From Octopus sinensis (Eukaryota), in NCBI RefSeq assembly GCF_006345805.1, contig NW_021832073.1, positions 1 to 33,212 on the forward strand: a stretch of DNA of 33,212 bases, read 5' to 3'. Position numbers and translations under genes: made by a program. Position 1 is the stretch's first letter. Every line of letters begins with the position of its first letter. Positions 23,079 through 33,212 of the stretch are shown one piece after another. The notes below the pieces were generated by a model, which saw only the letters and a program-made list of their open reading frames with translations, had not been told where the DNA came from and ran no database searches.

Positions 23079-23324
23079 GGTGATGGTGGGGGGGGCGATG
23101 ATGGTGGTGACGGTGGTGGTGCTAGTGGTGCTGTGGTATTGTTGTTGTTGTTGGTGGTGGTGGTGGTGGGTGGTGATGGGGGGGGGGGGCGATGATGGTG
23201 GTGACGGTGGTGGTGCTAGTGGTGCTGCTGGTTTGTTGTTGTTGTTGTGGTGGTGGTGGTGGTGATGGTGGGGGGGGCGATGATGGTGGTGACGGTGGTG
23301 GTGCTAGTGGTGCTGCTGGTATTG

Positions 23325-23356
<32 letters not shown>

Positions 23357-23366
23357 GGTGGTGGTA
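22993..23366. repeat. G-rich minisatellite, ~90-bp unit x 4
   Basis: Anchor CGATGATGGTGGTGACGG at 23003, 23096, 23190 and 23278. Confidence 0.9.
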
Positions 23367-23424
23367 GTTTAGCACTATACCTTTAGCTGATGCAAGAGAT
23401 GACGAGGAACATCGTAACGATATT

Positions 23425-23453
23425 TATGTTGACGATAATGATAATGATGATGG

Positions 23454-23488
<35 letters not shown>

Positions 23489-23588
23489 TTGATAATGATG
23501 ATGATGGTGGTGGTGGTGGTGGTGATAATGGTGATAATGGTGATGGTGGTGGTGGTGGTGATGATGATGATGATGATGATGGTGGTGG

Positions 23589-23622
<34 letters not shown>

Positions 23623-23770
23623 GATGATGGTGAAGACAACTACGACAACGGCACTGATGATACTGAGGACGATAATAATAATCATCATCATCATCATGGA
23701 GGTGGGATCGTAACGATGATGACAAAAACGACGACGACGACGATGATGATGATAATGATGATGATGATGA
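23425..23770. repeat. (GAT)n/(GGT)n degenerate trinucleotide repeat
   Basis: Directly visible. Confidence 0.92.
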
Positions 23771-23861
23771 CAAAGGCAATGATTGGTATTTTCGTAGTAA
23801 CTATGACATGGTAAAATAGCGATAATGGCAATGAAATTCAGTCTGTGTTTGTGTGTGTTTG

Positions 23862-24115
23862 TGTGCGTGTGTGTTTGTGTGTCTGCATGCGTGTGTCAGA
23901 GAAACTGAGAAAGTGTTTGTGTGTGTTTTAATGTGTGAGTGTTTGAGTGTCTTTGTATATGAGTGTGTTTGTGTATGTGTGCTTGGGTTTGTGCGGTGTG
24001 TGTGCGTGTGTGTTTGTGTGTCTGCATGCGTGGGTCAGAGAAACGGAGAAAGCGTGCGTGTGTGTTTTAATGTATGAGTGTTTGAGTGTCTTTGTGTATG
24101 TATGTGTGTTTGTTT
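23862..24115. repeat. 139-bp tandem duplication within a GT-rich tract
   Basis: GTCTGCATGCGTG.GTCAGAGAAAC.GAGAAAG at 23881 and 24020. Confidence 0.85.
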
Positions 24116-24158
24116 GTATGTGTATGTATGTGTGTGTGTGGTGTGTGTGTGTGTGTGT

Positions 24159-24196
<38 letters not shown>

Positions 24197-24768
24197 AGTT
24201 CAAGAGAGCCTACGCTGCCGTGCGTTTTGCGTGTGTCTAAATGATCTCCTTTCGGTAAGATTTCCCCGCCACCTTCGTCTTCTAATGTTGACTTGGTTAT
24301 TTTTAGACTTTTTTCTTTGCTTTTGTCTGTTCTGTTGTGGCTATTGTTGTTCTTGTTGTTCTTTTGTTCTTTACGTTCTTGGTTCTTTTTACTATTTTAC
24401 GATTTGTTTCCACCTGGTGTTAATTAAACTAATTACACGCTCTTGGTTCTTTAAGAAGTTAATTAAGGTTATTGCGCTCTCTTTCTTGCCAAGCAAAACA
24501 GACGCAGAGGTCACACATACACACTCACACACATGCACACATACATACATGCACACACACTCACGCACACATAGACACACACGTAGAAACAGACAGATAT
24601 ATATGCATATACACATGTATATATAAATATATATGTATACATATAGACTTATGCGTACGTATATACATATGTGTCTGTGTATATATGACATACATACTAT
24701 ATTATATATATACGTAATATATATATATAATATATAATATATATATATATATATTATATATATATATA

Positions 24769-24809
<41 letters not shown>

Positions 24810-25080
24810 CTTTGTAAAATATATTTATATAGACCAAAAACAATACAGAATAAATGTACAGAAAATAAGAAGATATGTAAATTCATAATTATAACTCGAC
24901 AGCTGTTTCAGGAAGCCCGGCGTTACATGATATTCATAAATAGCGAATGAAATATGTAGAAGACGTGGGCATGCAACCGCTGACAAGTTACATGAAGATG
25001 TTACAATAAGTCCGGCTCTACTCATCAAGAGAACGCTGGCAAATGCGGTTCAGCGTAAGAAAAATCAAAATTCAGTTGAA

Positions 25081-25167
25081 CCGGTCATCTGCTTTGTTGA
25101 TTTTGCTGCTGCATTCGACTCCGTCTATCGTGACACCCTCTGGAAGGTCATGCAGGCAGATGGTATC
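25081..25167 (+). pseudogene. Reverse transcriptase fragment, RTE-like LINE
   Basis: Translates PVICFVDFAAAFDSVYRDTLWKVMQADGI, matching the non-LTR RT motif (F.DF..AFDSV) of RTE-type elements. Confidence 0.85.
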
Positions 25168-25173
25168 CTCACA

Positions 25174-25316
25174 GACAACGACTGGGCAGAGTCGTTAGAG
25201 CGAAGGACAAAATGCCTTGCAGTACATGCTCTGGGTCTTTGAGATCTGAGTTCAAATCCAACCCCAGCCAACTATGCTTTTCTTCATTTCAGAACCAATA
25301 ATATGAAGTACCAACT
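25174..25316 (+). mobile_element. SINE family C-like copy, old
   Basis: GGCAGAGTCGTTAG..AAATGC..TCTGAGTTCAAAT..AAGTACCA. Confidence 0.6.
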
Positions 25317-25411
25317 CAGGGAAATATATTGCCAGAATACATGCATATGTATATCTGTGCATATGTGTATAAGCATACACAAATATAGGTAAAAATGCAC
25401 AGCTGTATATA

Positions 25412-25442
<31 letters not shown>

Positions 25443-25450
25443 TATATATA

Positions 25451-25841
25451 TTCTCTTTCTCTTTCTCTTTTACCTGTTTCAGTCATTTGACTGCGGCCAT
25501 GCTGGAGCACCACCTTAGTCGAGTAAATCGACCCCGGGACTTATTCTTTGTAAGCCCAGTACTTATTCTATCGGTCTCTTTGCCGAACCGCTAAGTGACG
25601 GGGACGTAAACACACCAGCATCGGTTGTCAAGCAATGCTAGGGGGACAAACACACACACAATATATTATATATATACATACATATATACGACAGATTCTT
25701 TCAGTTTCCGTCTACCAAATCCACTCACAAGGCATTGGTCGGCCCGGGGCTATAGCAGAAGACACTTGCCCAAGATGCCACGCAGTGGGACTGAACCCAG
25801 AACCATGTGGTTGGTTAGCAAGCTACTTACCACACAGCCAC
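25451..25841 (-). mobile_element. SINE family A, full length, young
   Basis: High identity to 133-535 on the opposite strand; inserted in a (TA)n tract. Confidence 0.95.
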
Positions 25842-25850
25842 ATATATATA

Positions 25851-26030
25851 TAGGGAGAGTTTACGAAACAGACAAAAGACGAAGACAGGTGGTGTACGAA
25901 ACAAACAGATGTATTAGTATAACGCTCAGGAATAGAAACAGTCTTTTACGTTTCGAGCCTACGCTCTTTTACAGAAAGGGACACAGAAAAACAAGGATGA
26001 GAAACAAGGAGAGAAAAAAAGGAGAGAAAA
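25851..26030 (-). mobile_element. Penelope-like element terminus
   Basis: Hammerhead-like motif followed by TTCCTGAGCGT as at 8355-8366, then CACCTGTCTTCGTCTTTTG and a (TA)n end. Confidence 0.6.
25943..25978 (-). ncRNA. Degenerate minimal hammerhead-like motif
   Basis: Minus strand reads CTTT-CTGTAAA-A-GAGC(gtag)GCTC-GAAAC-GTA-AAAG. Helices I, II and III are intact, but core positions A6 and G8 are altered. Confidence 0.55.
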
Positions 26031-26392
26031 ATATATGTCTGTGTGTGTGTGCGTATGTGTGTGTATGTGTGTGTGTGTGTGTGTATGTATGTTTGTATGT
26101 ACATTTTCATCTGTACATATTTATTTGTATTTGTATATGCTTATACACATATGCACAAATATAGATATACATATGAGTGTACGTATGAGTGTACGTATGT
26201 ATGTACGTATATTATGTATTTATATATGCACATACGTATCTTATATATATATTAGGTACAAAACGCTTAATACACCTTCGATAGAACGGCTAGCAGAAAT
26301 GTCACGTGGATAATTCTGTCCGGTTCTTTGTGTTCTGAATTCTTGAGTGGTAAACTTAATCCGTGACCCCGTTTAACAGAAGTTCCCCTCAC

Positions 26393-26499
26393 CTAGTTGT
26401 TGGATTGCCTTTAACGCGAAGCTTTTTGTTGCAAACATTCGGAGCAGGGTTTTTACCAGAGAATAATTTCTTCACTTCAAACTACAGTCCTCGAAAAAC
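26393..26499 (-). CDS. Candidate start-codon exon (ATG at 26438; MFATKSFALKAIQQL|G)
   Basis: Acceptor CACATTTTTTTTCAG| and donor TAG|GTGAGG; in-frame upstream TGA before the ATG; the phase-1 end matches the 20010 exon. Confidence 0.35.
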
Positions 26500-27093
26500 C
26501 TGAAAAAAAATGTGATCACAGGCGCCAATAAAAAAAGAAAATTTCCACAGACACCATGATATCACACGCGTGAATGCTATATAACATACCCTATATGAAC
26601 TAGGATTTTAAATACCTCGTATGCAATATATGATCTACAAAAGCGATCAGCAATTTCACTTAGCTTTATGTTTAGAGTTTTTTTTTATGTCAGAGTTAAC
26701 TGTAATATATAAATCAGATAATGTAATAATTTATATCAAACCATCTATCTTTCAATATCCATTTTCAAATAGGTGTCTAAATGTCTAAATAAACGCGATG
26801 TGATGATAGGTGTTTCTGCAAGTGATAGTAAAATATTTCAGTGGACAATTCAAGAACGAAATGTTTATCAGACGACGATACAATAACGTCTGATATATCA
26901 CATATGTCTCACATTCTGGCTTATATTAATTTCCAATGTTCTTCGTGTATTTTACGATTCCATATTTTGACAGTAAGCTGTATCAGGTTGTATTTTTGTC
27001 TATCTCTTACTGAAGAAACCGCACAATGTAACTAAGTGAAAGAAAGTTGTCTCTATGTATACTTACATGCGTCTATAGGAGTAATTAGAGACG

Positions 27094-27326
27094 TGTGTGT
27101 GTGTGTATCTGTGTATGTTGTGTGTATGCAGATGAGGGGATATGTGTGTGTGGTGTAACTGTGTGTATGTATGGGTTTATATAGCATCAAGTTGTTTCTG
27201 AATAAAGAAGGTACAAAGAAATCGTCAAATTTATCTCGAATGCTTTGTATACATATGTGTGTGTGTTTGTGTGTGTGTGTGTGTGCGCGTGTGTGTGTGT
27301 GTGTGTGTGTGTGTTTGTGTGTGTGC

Positions 27327-27382
<56 letters not shown>
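27094..27382. repeat. (GT)n-rich tracts
   Basis: Directly visible. Confidence 0.9.
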
Positions 27383-27385
<3 letters not shown>

Positions 27386-27540
27386 GTAGCTTAGTGGTTC
27401 GGCAAAAGAAAACGATAAATAAGTACCAGACTTAACAAAAGATAAGAACTAGGGTCGATTCATTCGCCCGAAATATTGTTCAAGGCGCTGCTCCAGTATG
27501 GTCGCAGTCTAACGACTAAAACAACTGTAAGATAAAAGAA
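27383..27540 (+). mobile_element. SINE family A 3' half, diverged
   Basis: CTTAGTGGTTCGGCAAAAGA..AATAAGTAC..GGGTCGATT..AAGGCGCTGCTCCAGTATGGTCGCAGTC. Confidence 0.8.
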
Positions 27541-27900
27541 GCTACACACACAGACGTATACATACACACATACATATATACATATATGCATTCATAGATA
27601 GAAGGTCTAGATAGACCATCTATCTATAAATGCTCTAATATCTATACAGCCTTTGTTTTTTTTAATCTTATTACGCAAAAAATTCATATATACACACGCT
27701 GACATAGAACCAACGTTGAACCATTTATTCGCAAAATTACCGAATTTGGAACTTAACTATGGTCTGTCTATAGCACTTATTCAGCATTACCTGACATCTT
27801 TGGGGCTCAATGACACCATTATCTCTTATATATATATATATATATACGCATGTACAAATATACATAGACATATGCTCGCATTCACATGCACACACACATG

Positions 27901-27974
<74 letters not shown>

Positions 27975-28150
27975 GAGGCAGACAGACAGACAGATGCGTA
28001 CGTACATACAGACAGACACACACACACATACACACATACATACACGCACACACACAGACATACATACACGCACACATGTATATCTGTGCATGTGTGTATA
28101 AGCATACACAAATACATATAAGAATATACGGTTGTATATATATATATATA

Positions 28151-28198
<48 letters not shown>

Positions 28199-28756
28199 CA
28201 CATCCGCATATATTTATTTGTATTTGTATATGGTTATACTATATGCACACGTATAGATATGCATATGAGTGTTCGTATATGTTTGTGTACGTATGTATGT
28301 TATGTATTCAATATATGCACATACGTATCATCATATATATTATTAGGTACAAAACGCTTAATACACAATCGGCAGTATATTTTCCCTGTTATTTCAGAAA
28401 CTCTATATATATTGTCTAGACGTCAGCAGTGTTAAAATGTGTTTTTAATTTAAAACATCTGCAAGAGTTATAAATTAGGAATTAGAAAGTCGTTTTAGTC
28501 CAGAGTAATTTCTAAACCAACTCTGGTTCTAATTGAAGATAGTTTTGTTGTTAGAGCTTCTCATTCAAACATAATGCGAAAACTTTCTCTGAGACATTTT
28601 GATGAAGGTTTGAAGATTACAACAAAGACAGTTATAATAGGTTTCTTTAGCTAGATACACATTCCATTGGAGTTTAACTGGATAATAGTAGAAACAGTTC
28701 GATCACAAACTAATAGAATTTTATATATTTAAATAGGTTCTACACAAACACTACGT

Positions 28757-28913
28757 GAAGGCGCGTGGCTTAGTGGTTAGAGCGTTCCGCTCACGATTGT
28801 AAGGCCGTGAGTTCGATTCCCGGCGACCCGTTGTGTCCTTGAGCAAGACACTTTATTTCACGTTGCTCCAGTCCATTCAGCTGGCAAAAATGAGTTGTGC
28901 CTGTATTTCAAAG
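28757..28913 (+). mobile_element. SINE head H2 plus the first ~15 bp of tail T1, fused to a LINE 3' end
   Basis: A box TGGCTTAGTGG, B box GTTCGATTCC, CORE-like TGTGTCCTTGAGCAAGACACTTT; homology to the 20337 copy stops at CTGTATTTCAAAG. Confidence 0.9.
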
Positions 28914-29512
28914 AACCCACAATATGGTAGAAGCCGTAGACACTCATACTAAAAAGGAATATTGTTGGAATGTACCAGTGAAGACCTCAATAAAATGTAA
29001 GCACAACAGACCTGATATAATGATTTGGGACAGAGTAGAGAAACTGTGCATAGTTGTGGAAATTAGCTGCCCAGCGGATGTTAACATAAAGCTGAAGATC
29101 AATGAAATAGAGAACACCTATGCTGAACTATTGAGAAATCTGCAGTTACTCTATTCAGATTACAAGTTCAGGTTTATACCTGTAATTATTGGGGCCCTGG
29201 ATTATGTAACACACTGCCTAAATACCAAGCTTGAGAAATAAGGCTTCTAAAAACCATAAAGGAGAAAGATAATTCGAAGACTACAGATCCAGTCCATCAA
29301 TGGAACTGTAAAAATCTGTAAGCCTTTCCAGAAGTTTATCATTTAAATACGAGTGTGTCTAGATATGCAACTATATACATGAGAATACGTACATAAGACA
29401 TACAAATCTGCACATACATACATACATACATACATACATACATACATACATACATACATACATGCATGCATGCATACATACATGCATACATACATACACA
29501 TACATACATACA

Positions 29513-29544
<32 letters not shown>

Positions 29545-29678
29545 CATACATACAAAAATACCCTGTTGTTGATGTTGAAATTCCAATGAAGAAACCTTGG
29601 ATCTGGGTTAGAAACCGATTCTTTCTCTCTATTGACAAGAAATCTTGAAATAATCTGAATAATGACATACATACATAC
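28914..29678 (+). mobile_element. 5'-truncated R4/Dong-like non-LTR retrotransposon: RLE domain plus 3' UTR
   Basis: HNRPDIMIWDRVEKLCIVVEISCP..INEIENTY..FIPVIIGAL is a PD-(D/E)XK restriction-like endonuclease. Three nonsense codons at 29239, 29248 and 29257, then RRLQIQSINGTVKICKPFQKFII-stop (29346). The 3' UTR has an internal (CATA)n tract and ends in ACAT repeats. Confidence 0.88.
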
Positions 29679-29681
29679 TTG

Positions 29682-29880
29682 TACGTATGTATGTATGTAT
29701 GTATGTATGTATGTATGTATGTATGTATGTATGTATGTATGTATGTATGTATGTATGTATGTATGTACGTATGTATGTACGTATGTATGTACGTATACAT
29801 GTATGTATGTATGTATGTATGTATGTATGTATGTATGTATGTATGTATGTATGTATGTATGTATGTATGCATGTATGTAT
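29682..29880. repeat. (TATG)n microsatellite, inverted relative to the upstream (CATA)n
   Basis: Directly visible. Confidence 0.95.
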
Positions 29881-30567
29881 GGAGAACAGAGATGAGGTGA
29901 ATGGCCGGAAAGAATTATATACGAAGCGATGTCACGGAATGGTCTATCGGGCAAAGCGGAGAGAGGATGTAATGAAAGGAGGTCAACGGGCTAAGAAATA
30001 GATATGAGGAAGAATAAATGTTAAAAAGCTTTTAGTTATAGACATAGACATACGGCAATAAAAATACTGAATAAAAGACATAAAATAATAATTATTACGA
30101 TGAAATAAAATTCGTCTTACCCAAATTGCAATAAAGGAACTAAATCTATCGTGATTCCACTTTGTTTTACGACATAGAGTCATGATAACGATGAAACTGA
30201 TAAACGAAAATGAGCTAAAACATTGTTTAACGCCACGAAATATAGGTAGAAAGACCAGCGAGAAACTGTAAGTGCAAGCACATACAATAGCTATACGCAG
30301 ATAAGTAAAAGAGTAAAAGAGAATTCATTTGAAAACACTTTTATTCACAACATATAGAATTTTCACACAACACTATTAAGTTATCTTACACCATCATACC
30401 AAACTATGCAGTTTAACTCAATAAATATGGATAACTTAAACAGAAATACAAATTGTAACTATATTAACTTTAGTAATTTACTAATGCAATATTACAATTA
30501 ATGACTTAAGATGTACTTTCTTAGGTTCTTCTCTACACATTTTAAACTACACGGCAACGATTATCCC

Positions 30568-30716
30568 CACACTGTTAGAAGCCTAAATGGAAAAAATTCA
30601 ACGTCGCTTTCGGAATTCATTTGGGAGCTAAAGGAAAAGAGTATTTAACTACACTCTTAAATGGAAAACAGTATTCCAAGCAAATGCTTATGCAGGAAGT
30701 AAGAGATCTAATTTAA
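30568..30716 (+). pseudogene. Penelope-like GIY-YIG endonuclease C-terminal fragment
   Basis: KNSTSLSEFIWELKEK / NYTLKWKTVFQANAYAGSKRSNL (one frameshift) resembles the T.LS.HIW.LK..Y.IKW..A.Y..KRCNLC region of Penelope-like proteins. Confidence 0.75.
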
Positions 30717-31402
30717 CTTCATCAAACAGCTTGTCTATACCTTTCGCTAAATATGTAACGAAGAGGTTTTCTTTTTGTAAACACTGAATCTCAAAATCCT
30801 GACTTCACCACAAATCCAGAACTTTAACTCCATGATAACTACTTATACCATTCAATTTTTACTACTGAATGACCGACTCTGCTCGAAATCTGACATGGTA
30901 ATATCAGCCTTCATTTGAGATAATATATTTCTCTATACATTTTACTTACTGTGTTTCCATTCATTATGATTTTATGCTCCAATAATTCTTAATATTTCAT
31001 TTCCTCCTTTCTATTCACATCTAGTGCTTCAACATATGAATATTTATTATATTCCTTTTTTTCTATTATGTTATAATATTTTATATTTTCCTATATTTCC
31101 TATTTCGTCCCAATCATTATAGCTTCACCCCAGAATATACTGAAATTGTTAACAAAATATTTTATTTCTATAGTTTATTTCACAGTTATTCCAATAAAAT
31201 AATGTCTCCGTTTTCTTTTCCTGTATATATATTTCACTTCTGTTGCTTATTTACATCTGCCCTGTTGATCATAGCTTTCTTCAGAGCCGGTCAGGCTCTC
31301 TGTGAGATATCTATGACGCATACTTACTAGCTCCTCTGATACGCTAGCATCAGCTTTACCGTCCAGTACAAACCTCTACTACTTTTATGCTATACTATCT
31401 TC

Positions 31403-31833
31403 AAATGTGGCTAACCACTAAGGGTGGATGCTACTGTAGCTTGTAGACCCAGGAGAACATCTTCTCCAGATGGCTATTGATATACTTTTTGTGCCCTATC
31501 AGTATTTGCAAAGGGAAGCCATCCTTCCCATCGTCGACCTGACGTGATACGCACGGACCCGGGTCAGTGCACGACAATCACCGGCCCTCGATGCGAAGGG
31601 GTCCCAATGCAAATACATATATCCTTTTTCCGACCGGTGATTGTCGTGCGCTGACGACGTGTAAATACTCAGAAACCCGGGTCCGTGCGTATCACGTCAG
31701 GTCCACGATGGGAAGGATGGCTTCCCTTTGCAAATACTGATAGGGCACAGAAAGTGTGTCAATAGCCAGCTGGAGATGTTCTCCTGGGGCTACAAGCTAC
31801 AGTAGCATCCACCTTTAATTGTTAGCCACATTT
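31403..31833. mobile_element. Foldback MITE-like element with ~180-200-bp inverted arms
   Basis: Arm 31403-31584 is the reverse complement of 31634-31833 apart from scattered substitutions and a 21-bp indel; 49-bp spacer; TCAA/TTAA-like flanks. Confidence 0.85.
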
Positions 31834-32689
31834 AAGTGGCAAATATACTTCACATTGTCGTGCAGCTACTGTTTATACCTCGTTCAGAGATTTATTATAT
31901 CTTCAACTTTTTATTCATATTCTCACTACTTAACCTACTTTATCCATTTAAGCTTCCTTTTAGCCAGCAGTTTGATCCACCCCTTTTCACTTATTCCTGT
32001 TTTTGTACCTCAACGTATTAAGCACCTACCATTTCCATTCACAACCACATTGGTAGCTTAACTAAGCTATTTTTATCTTTTTAATTTCTTGTATATCCTT
32101 TTCCTTTGAGTATATTTTCATGTTGCCCTTATTTTAAAATCTATCTCTATTTAAAGAATATATTTTCTTACCCTTTAGTTGCTGCCTCACCAGATATCTT
32201 TTGAAATCTAAATTTTTTTTAAGGGGTTTCTCTGTTAATCTTTTGTACCCCAATCCTTTTCAGGTCCCCAAAACTATTAAGATTTCTATCATGCAGTTAG
32301 CCAAATCCTTGCAATTATTTACAATTTTCCAGTTCTCTAAACACGACATTAGTTTGGAGGAGGGGGTGCTTGCTTGTACGTTTTTTGTTGTTTTGTTTGT
32401 TTGTTTTTTCTTTTGGTTGATTTTAACTAGAATTTCTTCCACAGAATTTCTTATACTTTGTCGCAACAAATAGCGGTGGTGGTCTACTAACTAGAAATTT
32501 TGTTTAACCAGAAATTCTTTTAGAGTTTCCTCGTTTCTTTCGCTGTTCACTATTCACTGCTTCGCATTTTACTCTCAAGAGTTCTTTGCAGATCCTTTTC
32601 GTGTACGGTTCTTTTAATTTCTGGGTTTTTTTTTTCGTTTTACATTGTTGCTATTCTAATATCATTTGTTTATATACATAAACATACAC

Positions 32690-32970
32690 CTTCACACACG
32701 CATGCATACACATACATCTACACACACACACACACACAAACACACACGAGCACACACAAACATACACACACACACATTTATATCGCTGTGTGTATATTAG
32801 AGTACGTATGCATGAGACGATGTATAAGCATTGTATACCTGAAATTTTTTGTACACACACAAACACAAAACCACACATACGCACACATACACACACACAT
32901 ACACACACACAAACACACACACAAACACACACACAAACACACACACAAACACATGCCCATATATCCATAT

Positions 32971-33013
<43 letters not shown>

Positions 33014-33051
33014 TGCGTGCGTGTGTGTGTGTGTGTGTGTGTGCGTGCGTG

Positions 33052-33084
<33 letters not shown>

Positions 33085-33100
33085 TTGTGTATGTGTGTGA
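32690..33100. repeat. (CA)n-rich tracts followed by an inverted (TG)n tract
   Basis: Directly visible; switch point near 32955-32972. Confidence 0.92.
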
Positions 33101-33212
33101 CAGTCTAGATGTTTATTTCTGTTTTCTCCTGCTTTCTCTGTTATACTCCATTTTACTGTGTTCCAGTATGTTTTTCTTATATTTCATTTGTTTATCTCTT
33201 TCAGCTTTATCG

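Noticed and set aside
27067-27072. Apparent 6-nt minus-strand microexon (TAG|ACGCAT|GTAAGT); similar cases at 27011-27031 and plus-strand 1557-1569
   Set aside because: Such signals arise readily in AT-rich DNA and cannot be supported without RNA data.
28499-28607. Plus-strand exon-like frame SRVISKPTLVLIEDSFVVRASHSNIMRKLSLRHFDE
   Set aside because: Weak splice sites, no homology recognised and no compatible neighbouring exon.
1945-33108. Most ORFs in the supplied six-frame track (YIYI, MYVC, poly-I/L/M/H/D, CVCV etc.)
   Set aside because: They are translations of microsatellites or SINE bodies that lack stop codons by composition.

Overview
AT-rich, intron/intergenic-type animal DNA, saturated with microsatellites and transposon relics. 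The repeat repertoire resembles what I recall from octopus/coleoid cephalopod genomes; this is an inference, not a database match. No complete protein-coding gene, rRNA, bona fide tRNA or CRISPR array is supportable, and almost all ORFs in the supplied track are microsatellite translations. Contents: (i) about 20 tRNA-derived SINE copies, which I label family A, family C, and a modular group with two heads (H1, H2) and two tails (T1, T2); several have clean target-site duplications, and family C forms a six-unit 217-bp tandem array; (ii) two 3' fragments of an R4/Dong-like non-LTR element with a restriction-like endonuclease (one young and fused to a SINE head, one old), a short RTE-type RT fragment, a Penelope-like GIY-YIG fragment and probable LINE UTR relics; (iii) three Penelope-type termini, each carrying a minimal hammerhead-ribozyme-like motif with the same non-canonical extra A; (iv) two rolling-circle (Helitron/Helentron) non-autonomous elements and a ~430-bp foldback MITE; (v) a low-confidence two-exon minus-strand gene start (26438-26393 joined to 20010-19932) and weaker plus-strand exon candidates. 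The most interesting signals are the variant hammerhead set, the SINE head/tail shuffling including the SINE-LINE chimera, the SINE tandem array and the foldback element.
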